Shown here piece by piece: positions 39,101 to 50,903 of a stretch of DNA of 64,000 nucleotides (positions are counted from its first letter, which is position 1; the number at the start of each line of letters is the position of its first letter). The stretch is from Lama glama (taxonomy: Eukaryota). Below the pieces are notes generated by a model. The model was not told the DNA's origin, searched no databases, and was given only the letters and a program-made list of their open reading frames with translations. Location of the stretch: contig CM052816.1 in NCBI GenBank assembly GCA_028534125.1, forward strand, positions 37,078,001 through 37,142,000, read 5' to 3'. Made by a program: the position numbers and the translations under genes.

Positions 39101-41149
39101 AGCAAAAAGCAATAATATAAAAAACTCTGAAAGAGATAGGCAAAATCACATAGGATAGATAATATTTAAGTGGTTGATGAAAAGTAAAAGAAAAAAATAG
39201 ATGTTTAAATCAACATTGCTTCAAAGATGGTTCATATAAGACAGAAAGAGCTTAAATACATCAACTCCAACCATTCATGAAAGCAACTTCCTCAGATTCC
39301 CTGAGCTCCAAACAAATGAAATGAGACTTAGAATCCAAAAGAAACACCAGGCTCCATATCATCTTAGTTGGTTTACTTGAAAGATGCTCTGTGAGATTAT
39401 ATTTGCTGTGGGCAGATAAGACGATTTCCTCTTCACATGGAAGGCCAGCCTGCTGAACTTTGCTTTGGCATAACTTACAAAACAGGAAACTCATCGGCTG
39501 TGTAAATTCTCGTTGATAAATTTTTACCCCAGATGGATTGAATTAGCTGAGAGTAGAAAGCAATTCTGCTACATCTTCAGAAACTTCATGATCTTGTCTT
39601 ATCTTTATCTGACCATAGAAGTATCTGGGATTGGGCAAATTTAGTTCTAGTGTTTGTCATAGTAAGAAAAAAATCCCTTTAGTAAAAATGTCCACTTGAA
39701 CAGTCAAAACAGAGAAAGCTACCTATATAATAGCAGTGTCAAACTACCTTTATTATTTTTTCAATATTGGAAGAGGAAATAAATGAGAGTGATGAGTTGT
39801 TTTTCCTTTAAAAATGGAAACTCTATAAATTGATAAAAATTTTGATTCACAAAATAGTTCTTCTGGCTTACTTATAAGACTAATGGGAGATGGTCTTGGA
39901 CTTAAGAGACAAATGTAGCTGCTTAAGGCTTTTTTGAGAAACCATATGTTCCTCTCTCAAAATGATATTTATGATAGTAATTTGGTGGAGGAAAGGGAAA
40001 ATCCAGCTTTTATCTTTCTGTTGTTGCCTCTTCAGTTTTGATTTTGAGCAATTGATTCAGGCAGTGCTAGGCAATAGGTAAGGTAAGATACTTTCTTTTG
40101 ACTTCAGTGATATTTATAGAGTTTGCTTCATTTATCATAAATAGAGATGATTTTCTTTTTATCAGTTTAATATGTTCATCCTAACATATATCCCATTTTA
40201 TCACTTAAATACATATTTCCTTATGGTGAAATCACATCTGTTAAGCTTTTTATTGAAACCTTTCTTTTTTGCTTCTGTAACTGATATTAAGCAATCTAAA
40301 GTGTGAAAAAATAAATCTGCTAAAAAAATCATAGATTTTTTTTTCTTCTTTATCTTGAAATAGATGCTATAAAAGGACAGAAGGAAAAAAAAGCACACAA
40401 AAAAAGTTGCTTAGGTGTTCTCCAAAATCAGACTATTTTTATTAATTTTATCTAGAATTCATATGGATCTAAAAATTGAAATCTCTTACCACATTGATAG
40501 TTATTATTTGTTATATATAGTACTTTGCAAATATTGATCCAATTATCAAATACGTCTTCTTTCAGTCCCTCCTTAAACTTTCCATAATATATCCTTTTTC
40601 ATAAACTACATAGTGTTTTAACTGCCTATATACTAATAACTAACATAGTGTGAAGTATTAATATAAATACAGGAGGTCCTTGAATGTATTAACTCTTAAA
40701 AGCATCATTTTTCTGATGCCCATTCTTTCAAAATTACTTATCGTTCTTCGTGTATTTCCTTTAACCATTTTACCATATTCTGTATCTCTTTTAACCATCT
40801 TATCATATTCAGCAGGCATCACATTTGAATCTCTTTACTTTCCTCTTCTTTCTTTCTATGAACAGTGAGAAACAAGGAAAACCAAGTCTGTGTCACTGAA
40901 ATATCACATTGGTCTGTGCTTTGTTTCCTAATGTGGCTACACAGAAGAAAACTTAACTCTTTGTAGGAAAGTCCTTCAATCTTTTAAATAACTGTGAATC
41001 ACTCCTTTTGATTTTGAATGCTTAAAGTATTAATTCAGGTATCTGAGGATGTGATTTTGTTTTCTTAATCCTTTTCTATATCTTGTAGACTTTTTCAATA
41101 TAAATTGATACATTATCGTTCTAAAATAAAACTTCTATTGTTTACTGCA

Positions 41150-41935
41150 AAATGTATGAGCTTTCATTTTCTCTTTTTGCATCTTCCATTAGTTAAAAAT
41201 CAAAACTGCTGATATGGTACTGTGTATCTTTATTTTCCCCATATATAATTAATATAGTAATATATATTAAATAAATGTTTTTATTTCTTTATCCATTGGA
41301 GCTGTATTCTTGAATGTTTCTTTAGCATTATGCCATAGGTTTTTATTGAATTTATATCAACAGTCAATACTTCCAGTTTCCAAGGTCTGTTTCTTATTTT
41401 TTAAAAAGGCTTTTCTCCTAGCATCCTTTCATCTTCTCAAAATTACAGAGGTTACCTATCACAATGTTCTAAAAATTTTCAAAAGTTTCTTGTTTCATTA
41501 AGCATTAAAGACTTTTTTTTTCACAGTCTTTCTTTCACCTTATATGTGTTTTCCTCCTTTAAAATGTGGTGATTCTCATTGGATCATTAACTCATAGAGA
41601 AAAAAATGTGACAATGAGTGTGTATATGTCCATGAATGACTGAAAAATTGTGCTGAACATTGGAATTTGACACAACATTGTAAAATGATTATAAATCAAT
41701 AAAAAATGTTAAAAAAAAAAAAGAATATGGGATCTTGCCAAAGTAGCTAAGAACAAAGAACTATGCTGATTTTTCTGGGTGGCTTGGGTGGATTTCCTCA
41801 GCTGTTTCCTACTGGGTTTGTTTCCTATTAGGCCTCCCTCAGGAATGGGAAGCCAACTAGTTGCTCTTGTAGACAGAGGAGAGGAGTGGGGAAGGAGTGA
41901 CCTGTGCATTGGTGGGTTTCCCTACATTATGGACA
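41150..41935 (-). mobile_element. Ancient L1/HAL1-like 5' region interrupted by a young L1 tail
   Basis: T-rich antisense ORF1-like tract ending TGTGGTGATTCTCATTGGATCATTAA and apparently resuming at GAATATGGGATC into a GC-richer UTR-like stretch. Recalled similarity only. Confidence 0.4.
41591..41722 (+). mobile_element. Young, heavily 5'-truncated LINE-1 3' tail (camelid-type)
   Basis: GAGAAAAAAATGTGACAATGAGTGTGTATATGTCCATGAATGACTGAAAAATTGTGCTGAACATTGGAATTTGACACAACATTGTAAAATGATTATAAATCAATAAAAAATGTT plus A12, including an AATAAA signal. Matches my recollection of camel/alpaca L1 ends. Confidence 0.85.
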
Positions 41936-41974
41936 GAAAGCAGTTCAATTCAAGAAAAAACTTCAAAAAGGACT

Positions 41975-42190
41975 TCAAGTTAATATGTAAAAAGATTTAC
42001 ATTGTGATGTTTGTTTTGTGGTAGTAAGGATCTACACATGACCTAAAAAAGTCCATCATTGGAATTGGTCTATGAGATGTGACTAATGTGTGCTGTGGGG
42101 GTGCTGATACCAGCTAGAAGCACGAAAACAGATATATACTAAAAAGTACTAAGATAGAAATTTAAGATAGATCTTAAACATATTATTTAA
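41975..42190 (+). mobile_element. Ancient LINE-1 (L1ME-like) 3' fragment
   Basis: AAAAGATTTACATTGTGATGTTTGTTTTGTGGTAG...AAGTCCATCA...GATAGATCTTAAACATATTAT. Confidence 0.45.
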
Positions 42191-45100
42191 TCTCAGTATG
42201 GATTAAAGAAAAGATGGTGAATGAGTGCAATCAGTGTGTCTTTTTGAAGCATATCACTCAAACCTCTATTCCATCCTATTTTGCTGTGCTTGGTGCAATT
42301 TGCTTGTTAGTATTACAAACTGTATATTCATAAAACCCACACTTCATGTTTTGTTAACCCAGATAAACCTGATGAAGTATTACTTCATCTAAGCATTTTC
42401 TTGACTCTAAGTGTATGTTCATGGGGCCTCAAGGGTAAATCATAGGGTTTGCAGTGCCTCACAGGGAGGTGCCCTCCCTTGGGCATGGAAGAAATCTTCT
42501 AAGCAAACTTGGTTGTCTAAATACACTTTATATAGGGATTTAGGTTACTTTCTTCCTATTCTGGGGGACACCGGATGGTGATTACAGTAAAAACTAATCA
42601 TTCAGTTAATCATCCTTCTCTGTATCCACCCAGCTCCTTCCTATCAAAACAATAGCTTATCCAGCCTCAAACATCTTTTGGAAGAGAAAGTCTAAGAAAC
42701 ATTTAACATTCCTACGGAATGAATGTTTACTGTTAAGTAGCTTAAGTGGCTGGGTTAGTAGGACTTGAAAAAACACTATTTGCCACTCCCTTTTCTCCCC
42801 AGCTGTCAACTTAAGAATTAGAGTAAAATTGATTTTTTTGCCATTTGATTAATATCTCATAATCAATGACTCTACAAGTACCAAAGGGAGAATGACTTAT
42901 TTTGTTATGTATTTTGAACATTTTTATCTTAAATGACAATCTCTGTCTCTCTCTATATATATTCTATTCTACCAGAGTGGAGATAATACATATTACTTGG
43001 AAAAAAAATGTGCTTTTCGATGTTTTCTTATGCATCAAGGACTTTAAAATTGGCAAGGTTGCTGGCGGTGCTGGTCATTTCATGCTTGTACTCTTAAACA
43101 GACTTGTGGAGAAAGAAACCTATACCATAAAATAAAATAAACAGTAGCTTCAACTTTGTGTGTTTTTCCCTCTTCTCAGATTACCAGAGGCATGTTTTTA
43201 TTAACAAAGCTAACAACAAAAAAATTCTTAATACTCTGCGGAATTGGTACCACTTCCTCATTTTCTCCCGTTTATTAATTTTTTAAAGAAATATTTCCTT
43301 GTGGTAAAGTATATGCTCATGCATGTCACTGGTTAGCCTTAGCATTAGTAAATGCTTCTCAATACTTGCTTTTCCTCTTCTCGGTTTATGAAGCAAAAGT
43401 CTTCATCAAAGTGCACCCAGGGTTAAGATACAGTAATTTCATTTTGAATGATACCTTTTGTTCTAGCAGCTGAGCTCCATTTACTCCTTAGCCTGCCAAA
43501 GACAGCTTTTTTTTTTACCCTATCCATGGCATACTTTTCTCTTTTTTAGTCTTCACTTATCTTTTTTCTTTTTTGGACTAAATTGGCTCCACATTCTAAG
43601 TTAATGAGTATGTACAGATTGGCAGGCAAGAAAGAGTCATTTATCTAGAGGGCTGAGCCAGCTGCAAGGTACAGAGCTTTCATTTCATCTTGAAGAAATA
43701 AAACCCCCTCCAAAAAAACTAATATACTAATCTTCATGTTCACGTGGGAAGCATTTTAGGAATCTTTGGAAAATATGGAATAGATTAGGGACATCATTAA
43801 AATTACCAGCATACTGCTGTGGTTGACACCTATTATGAAGTGGTATCCCCAAAAAAGTGAAGGTGTTTTGTTGGAATCTGTATCAAATAGAATATATTAA
43901 GGAAATACCATTGTGGGAAGATTCAGTTTAAATATATTCTTCAGGAACTAGGCTTTAAAATTTAAATTTGAAAAGGCATTAGGTGAATAGTTACATAATC
44001 ATTAGGAATTGGTCTTCGGACTAAAGAAAACTTATTCAAACAGTCTGTTAAGCTACCATAGTGGCTTTTCTTTCTTTCTTTCTTTCCAAATGATGCTTTA
44101 TGATAAGTTTTTACTATTATGATTTAAGAGGAAATGCTTATATTTTAGATTTAAAATAAGAACAAATCAAGAGATCAAAACTAAAAGGAATGAAAGCAAT
44201 TAATGTGACTCTCTAAGAAAAATACATTATTGGAATTAGAAACCAACTCACACAAAATATAGTTGACTCTAACAGTACTCTGCATTCATCTTATATAAAA
44301 ATGACATAGAGCTATTACTTCATTAGCCTGAGAATGCTATGTCAAGTATCCAGCTCACAGTCACCCCAAACATCTCTTCTTTCCATATTATTTACATCAC
44401 GTGCAAATTACTACCTAACCAGTTATTGAAATTTGAAAAAAAAATTACATTTGAAAATTCTTTCCTTTCTATTTTTCACTTATGTGCATTTAATATAGGT
44501 TACATAGACCATATAGCGAAGACTTACTTAAAGACCAGTTGGTAATTCTAAGTGTCCATCCTTACCGCCAGTACCTTCCATGACGCTTTCCTAAGTCTGT
44601 AGTCAACCATTAGCTCTGTTTCCCCTCCCGGGGTTTTTCTTCAAAAAATCAGTCAGATTAATTCTTCTCACTCCTGTTTCTAAGCATTTAGAGCTTACAC
44701 TTTATTTGATGTCCTAATGACGAGGCATTTTATGTACGTACAGTGTGACCCAAATAACTGCAATGTATATACTCCATCCTAACTTTTGTTGGTAACTAAG
44801 GCATTAGTCATCAGGAGAATAATACATTGATCTATCGCCTATGCCAATATTAAAAATAAGTATTTTATCCTCTTAAAATGATATCCAAGTCAAATGTAGG
44901 AAATATTTAGGTTATTTCCTCCTTTAATTTGTACCAGTTTAGCTGAATTTCATGGCATTTTTTCAGAATTTTCCTTAACATAATGTTCCCAGAAGCCAAT
45001 ATTAAATGTTCAAAACTTCTGATGAAATAAAAACTATTTGATCTTCCTGCTGTAAATAATGGAGATCAGTGGGGTTGGAGGATGAATAATTTTTGTTTAA

Positions 45101-45899
45101 TGTGAGGGTAGTAAACCTGAGCTACTCTTCACGACTGTTTCCCAGCTTGCTCTGTATTTCCACTCTCCTCCAAGGAATAGTTTCTTGCACAGTGAACTCA
45201 CCGAGACGCAGCCACTGTCACTGAGGAGTGGAAATTTAACTAGATGGGGAACGAAGAAAAGCAGCTTTTTAAGAGAAACGCTGCTGGCTGGGCCTTCCGC
45301 TTTCTCAACTATTAAAATAGGTAATCTATGCTTAATATTTAGTGATCACTGAGTTCCCATCTAGGTCTACAGCATCACAACCCAATGCCAAGGCAGTGGC
45401 TCCTGGGAGAAATTATGGATTAGACCTCAGATGTCTCACTTTTGAGATTTTAATATCCTCCTATACTTTTTATGGCTTAATAGTAGGCAGATTTCCTAGA
45501 AACAAGAGTGTAGTTATTTAAAACACATTATAATTATCATGACGATGCCTTTGCTAATGTGATGATCTGTTCGTGGTGAATCAGAGCTGCTTTTACTCCT
45601 ACACGACTCTCCTGAAAGGAAACTATGCTTGTGGGTGAAATTACACTTTTGCTAATAAAGTATTATAATAGTTTTTGAAATAGATAGCCATGTCAGAATT
45701 GCTCTTTCTACACACAGACAAAATACAGTAGTGCATTAAAACTGCAAAACTGTTAAATTCAAGTCCCAAAGACTCGCTGCTTTGTTGTTTCTTCCTTTTT
45801 ATCCACAGAAAAGCTTTTGTTTCTGAATTCTGAAGGTAAAAGGAAGTGGAAAGGATTGCCATTTCATTTTTAACTAAATATTTCCTGTTATTTGGATTT

Positions 45900-46075
45900 C
45901 TTCATGGGAAAATATATATGATATGCTATCAAAGAAAAAGTGAAGCATAAAAATTACACCTGTATAAACAAATGCACAGAAAAAAGTCAGAAAGAAAATA
46001 TATCAGATGTAACAGTAGCTGTCAGTGTAGTTAATATGGGTGATGTGTTTTTTATTTTCTTTTTTCTATGAGTTT
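45900..46075 (+). mobile_element. Ancient LINE-1 (L1ME-like) 3' UTR fragment
   Basis: CATGGGAAAATATATATGATATGCT...GCACAGAAAAAAGTCAGAAAGAAAATATATCAGATGTAACAGTAG...TATGGGTGAT. Confidence 0.55.
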
Positions 46076-47814
46076 AAATTTGCTTTAACTAATATTTTTA
46101 ATATTTTCAATGACTAAAATTATTAAACATTATAAATAATATATTAATAAATACATTTAAATGTGTCTTACTGAGAAGATTGGGGGCTTCTAAAGGAAAG
46201 GAAAAATGAACAAGTGGTAAAGCTTCTGAATTCCTCGAGTTCACAACACATAAGCCCTTCTCCCTGGCACACACAGGGCTCTAGGTAATTAATGTTCTTC
46301 CTCTCCTCGTCACTCCATGTACGTGGCGCTTTCCTTAAGGCCTTTCTTTCTGCCCATCCTTTGCCTAACTCTAAGTCAGAGGCATTTTCCCTTCCTCTGT
46401 GTTCCTACTTTACTCTTGATTTTCTCTTACATGTGTTAGCAGATTCTGCTGCCTTGGGGCATATATTTTGTTTGCTTATCTTATTACTTCAAGAGAGAAA
46501 AAGTTGCTTCCAGTTATTGGCCAAATTTTATTTGTTTTTTTCCATATCTTCGCTTTGTTACCAAATCTTACCAAATTTTTGCTATTTTTCACTTTATATG
46601 AGGGTTCACATTTTCTCCTTTAAAATACTTGAGAAAGAGAATGAAAAAAACAGCAAAATTAAAGACTTATATTGTTTAACTAAATTCACCCTTTGTCAAA
46701 GGTAATGGAAATGCTAATCACAATATTTGTTTTCTTTCACTGTATTATTATCATTTTTTTCTTGAATGGAATATGTGTTACACAGCCTGCTTGTCTTGCA
46801 GAGTTCTCTCACTGAAAGGTCTAGATAGTCATTTTAAATGTTGATATAAATCACAGTATTATAAATGCTAATGAATCCTTCCCTCAAAAAGTAGAACCAA
46901 TAAAAACTAGGAATGAATGAAAACCTTTGGCAATACAAGGGGGACTCTCCTGGTGGTGACTCTAGGTTTATTCACACCATGAAATAAGGAGATGTTATTA
47001 CCATGCTCTGATTTTGCTTAGATCAATGATGAGACATACATGCAGGGAATATTAAAATTCTCATGACAGCATCACACAACATGTTTAATATTAGTTGGGA
47101 AAGGCAGCTTTTTCAAAAACTCTTATAACTTCCTTAGAAACTGTAGCATTGAAATCAGACATCACTTAGGCAAATGTATCCCAGTTATTCAAATATGTGA
47201 TACCATGTTTTACAACTAAAGATATGCAGTGCTGGGAGCATTGGGAAAAACTTAGAAAGTCATAAAAAAGTTATTATTTCTTGATCTTAGATTGGATTTT
47301 TTAATACCATGATTAGAATATGTTAGTGTTTGGGAGCAATATACAATACTAAAATCAATGCTTCAATTCCAGTCCTATAAACTTAATAATAATACAGGCA
47401 TTATGTCATAAACTCATATTTTAATAGTTTTATATTGTTACTATTTATCTTCATATACAGTTGAAATTTTCATAGGCCAACATTAAAATGTTTAGATTTT
47501 CTTTTTTCTTAACAGACTAAAAACAAATCCCTCACATTATTTAAATTTCAGCCTCTTTGCACTTAAAAATTTTTTTCTCAGTCTTTAATTTCATCAATAT
47601 TCTTTTCAATTTTGTCCTCAGTAGAACAGGGTTTTTACCATTAGTGTAATTTTAAGAATATCTTTTTAAATATAAAAAGTATATTAGCAATAAAAAATCA
47701 TAATAATGTAACAGAATGTCTATGCCTCAAAACAAGGTCATGGAAAAACTTTTATTCCTAATCTCACCTTCTAACTAGTCCATGTTTGTAGGATATGTAG
47801 TTTAATCAGTGTTC

Positions 47815-49216
47815 TTTACAGTTTACTTACAGTACAATTCACCAATTCAATGAGTTGAGACATATAAATAACATAACTAACAGCATAATCATGATATATG
47901 ATATGTCTATCATGCCAGAGTGTCTCTTTGTACATGCTTATAGTCAATCGGCTTCCCCACCTATTAGCCTCTGGAAAACACTCTAATGGTCTATAATTTT
48001 TCCTTATCAAGTTTCACAGAAATAGAATTTAGAAGTTTATAGTATTGTGTCTAGTTCCTTTCACTTTGTGTAATGATTTTGAGATTCATTGTTATATGTA
48101 TCTGTACTTTGTCTCATATTTTTTATTGCAAAGTAGTATTCCATGTTATGGACATAACAGATTTGTCTTTCTTATTCTCATTTGGATTGTTTCTACTTGG
48201 GAGTATTATGAGTGAAAGTGCTATAAATATTTGAGGAGAAGTCTCTTTTGTAGACAAATATTTTCACTGACCTTGGGCTAAATATAAAACAGTAGGATTG
48301 CTGAGAGTAGGGGAGGTATATGTGAAAATTTATAAGAACATTTTCACAGGCCAACACTTAAATGCTGATATTTTTCAAATGAATATATATTGTTTTTCAT
48401 TCCCACTATCAGCTAACGAGGCAGTTAGTATTGCCAGTCTTTCTAATGTTACCATCGCTGTGTGTACTAGTCCCTTACTACATTTTCATATGTAATTTCC
48501 CCAAGGACTGATGATGTTGAGTGTCCGTATATGTGCTTACTTTTCATTTGTGAATCTTCTTTTAAGAGTTCTATTCAAATCTTCGTCCATGCTTTTTATC
48601 AGGGTGATTGTTGCTAGTTATTCAGCCATAAAATCTCTTTGTATTCTGAACCCATGTCCTTTATTAGATTTATGCTCTGAAAATACTTTCTCCCAGCCAG
48701 TCAGTGGCTTGAATTTTTAATTACTTAAAATTTTCTGTAACATGTAAAATTGTCTTCAATTTGAAAAATCCAATTTGTTGTCTTAAATTGTTTTGTAGTT
48801 TGTTTTTTTATCCAAGAAATCTGTTCTTAAACCAAGATGTGTAATATTTTCTCCTTTGTTTTCTTCTAGAAATTGTATAGTTTTAGCTATAGTATTTAAG
48901 ATCTTATACATTGAATTAATTTTGTCCATGATGTATAGTAAGGTAAAGCTTTTGTTTACATATATATCCAATATATATGTGAATATCTATATTTATATTT
49001 AGATGTTCTATTTTTGCACTGTCATTTGTTGAAAAGGCCATCCTTTTCCAAAGTGAATTATTTACATTAACATCTTTTTCAAAACCAGTTGACTGTATAT
49101 ATGTGTGTCAGTCTATTTCTAGAACCCCAGTTCTTTCTAAATAATTTTTATATCTATCATTATGGCAATACCATATTTTCTTGATTACTGTAGCTTTAAA
49201 ATAACTCTTAAAATCA
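47815..49216 (-). mobile_element. Old LINE-1 3' region (L1MB/L1MC-like)
   Basis: Antisense 3' UTR and ORF2 end: TTTTGAGATTCAT, AAGTAGTATTCCATG, TGATGATGTTGAG, TTCTTCTAGAAATTGTATAGTTTTAG, CATTTGTTGAAAAG, TCTTGATTACTGTAGCTTTA. Confidence 0.85.
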
Positions 49217-49217
49217 A

Positions 49218-50903
49218 TGTTTGGGTTGCTCTTACCCCTTGGCTATTGTGAATAATGTTGTTATGAACATTAGTATAAAAATATCTATTCAGGTTCCTGT
49301 TTTTAGTTCTTTTGGGTGTGTATCCAAAAGTAGAATTTCTGGATCACATTGTAATTAAATTTTAATTAATGCTTTTATAGTGATTGCATCATTTTACATT
49401 CCTACTGTGTCCAAGGATTCCAGTTTCTCCACATCCTCAACAAGACTTGTTATTTTTGTTGCTGTTGTTTTTCAGATAGTAGCGATCCAAATGGGTGGAG
49501 GTGATATCTAATTATAGTCTTTATGTATTTCCCTAATGAGTAGTGATGTTGAGCATCTTTTCATCCACTTGTCAGTTATGTGTATATCTTCTTTGGAGAA
49601 ATGTCTACTCAAATTTTTGGCATATTTTTAAATAGGGTGGTTTATTTTTATTGTGATTGTTGTTGATACGTTGTAGGAATTCTTTACATATTCTGCATAT
49701 TAAATCCTTACCAAATGTATAATTTTCAAATATTTCTTTCATTTTGTAGATTGCATTTTTTTAACTCTATTGATTATGCCCTTTTGATGCACAGAAGTTT
49801 TCAATTTTGCTATGGTCTAATTTATTTTTTCTTGGTTGCCTGTGCTTTTGATGTCATATCCAGGAAATCATTGCTAAATCCAATGTCATGAAACTTTGCC
49901 CCTACAATTTCTCATAAGAATGTTTAAGTTTTAGCTCTTACATTTAGGTATTTGATCCATTTTGAGTTGTTTTTGTCTATGGTATAAGGCACAACTCATT
50001 CTTTTGCATGTGCATATCAAGTTTTCCTAATACTATTATTTGAAAACACTGTCCTTTCTTCATTGAATACTCTTGCTACCCTTGTTAAGACATTTGACCA
50101 TATAAATGAGGAGTTATTTCTGAGCTCTTATTTTAATCTTTGATCTAAATGTATACCTTTATGCCATACTATTCTGTTTGGATAGCTTTATAGTATATTT
50201 GTAAATCAGGAAGTGTGAAGCCTTCTACTTTATTTTTTTTCAAGATTGCTTTGGCTATCTGTGGTCCCTTGAGATTCTATTTGAACTTTAGGATGAATTT
50301 TCCTACTTCTGAGTAAAACATTACAGGGAATCTGTTAGGCATTGAATTAGATCTGTAGCTTGCTTTTGGTAATATTTATATCTTAACAATATTATGTTTT
50401 GCAATCCAGGAATACAGGATGTATTTCCATTTCTTAGGTCTTCCTTAATTTTTTAAAACATTTTCTAGTTTTCACTGTAACAATCTTTTATATACTTAGT
50501 TACATTTGTTTTTCTGAATATGAATTCTTTTTGATGCTATTAGAAATGGAATAGCTGTCCTAATTTACTCTCTGGATTGTTCAACATTAATGTATAAAAA
50601 TGCAATTGATCTTTTGTGTCAGTTTTGTATCCTACAACTTTGTTGAATTTTTTAGTAGTTCTAATAATTTTTGTTTTATTTCTAGTGTGAAATGTTTAGG
50701 CATTTCTATATATATGATCATATCATCTGAAAACATAATTTTTCTTCTTCTTTTCCAGTTTGAATGCCTTTTACTTCTTTTTCTTGCCTAGTTGCTCTGG
50801 CTATATTTAATAGAAGTGGTGAAAGCAGGCATCCTTGTTTTGTTTTCAATCTTAGAGGAATAGCTTTCAGATTTTCACTACTGAGTATGCTGTTAGCTTT
50901 GGG
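49218..50903 (-). mobile_element. Second LINE-1 (L1MB-like), ORF2 3' portion
   Basis: Restarts at TTGGCTATTGTGAATAATG; then TCTTTGGAGAAATGTCTA, TTTGATGCACAGAAGTTT, TTTGATCCATTTTGAGTT, TTCAAGATTG and GGTGAAAGCAGGCATCCTTGT. Collinear with antisense L1 ORF2. Confidence 0.9.

Noticed and set aside
40046..40087. Plus-strand exon candidate (TTCAG|...AATAG|GTAAG, reading FDFEQLIQAVLGN)
   Set aside because: No recognisable peptide or other supporting context; indistinguishable from a chance pseudo-exon.
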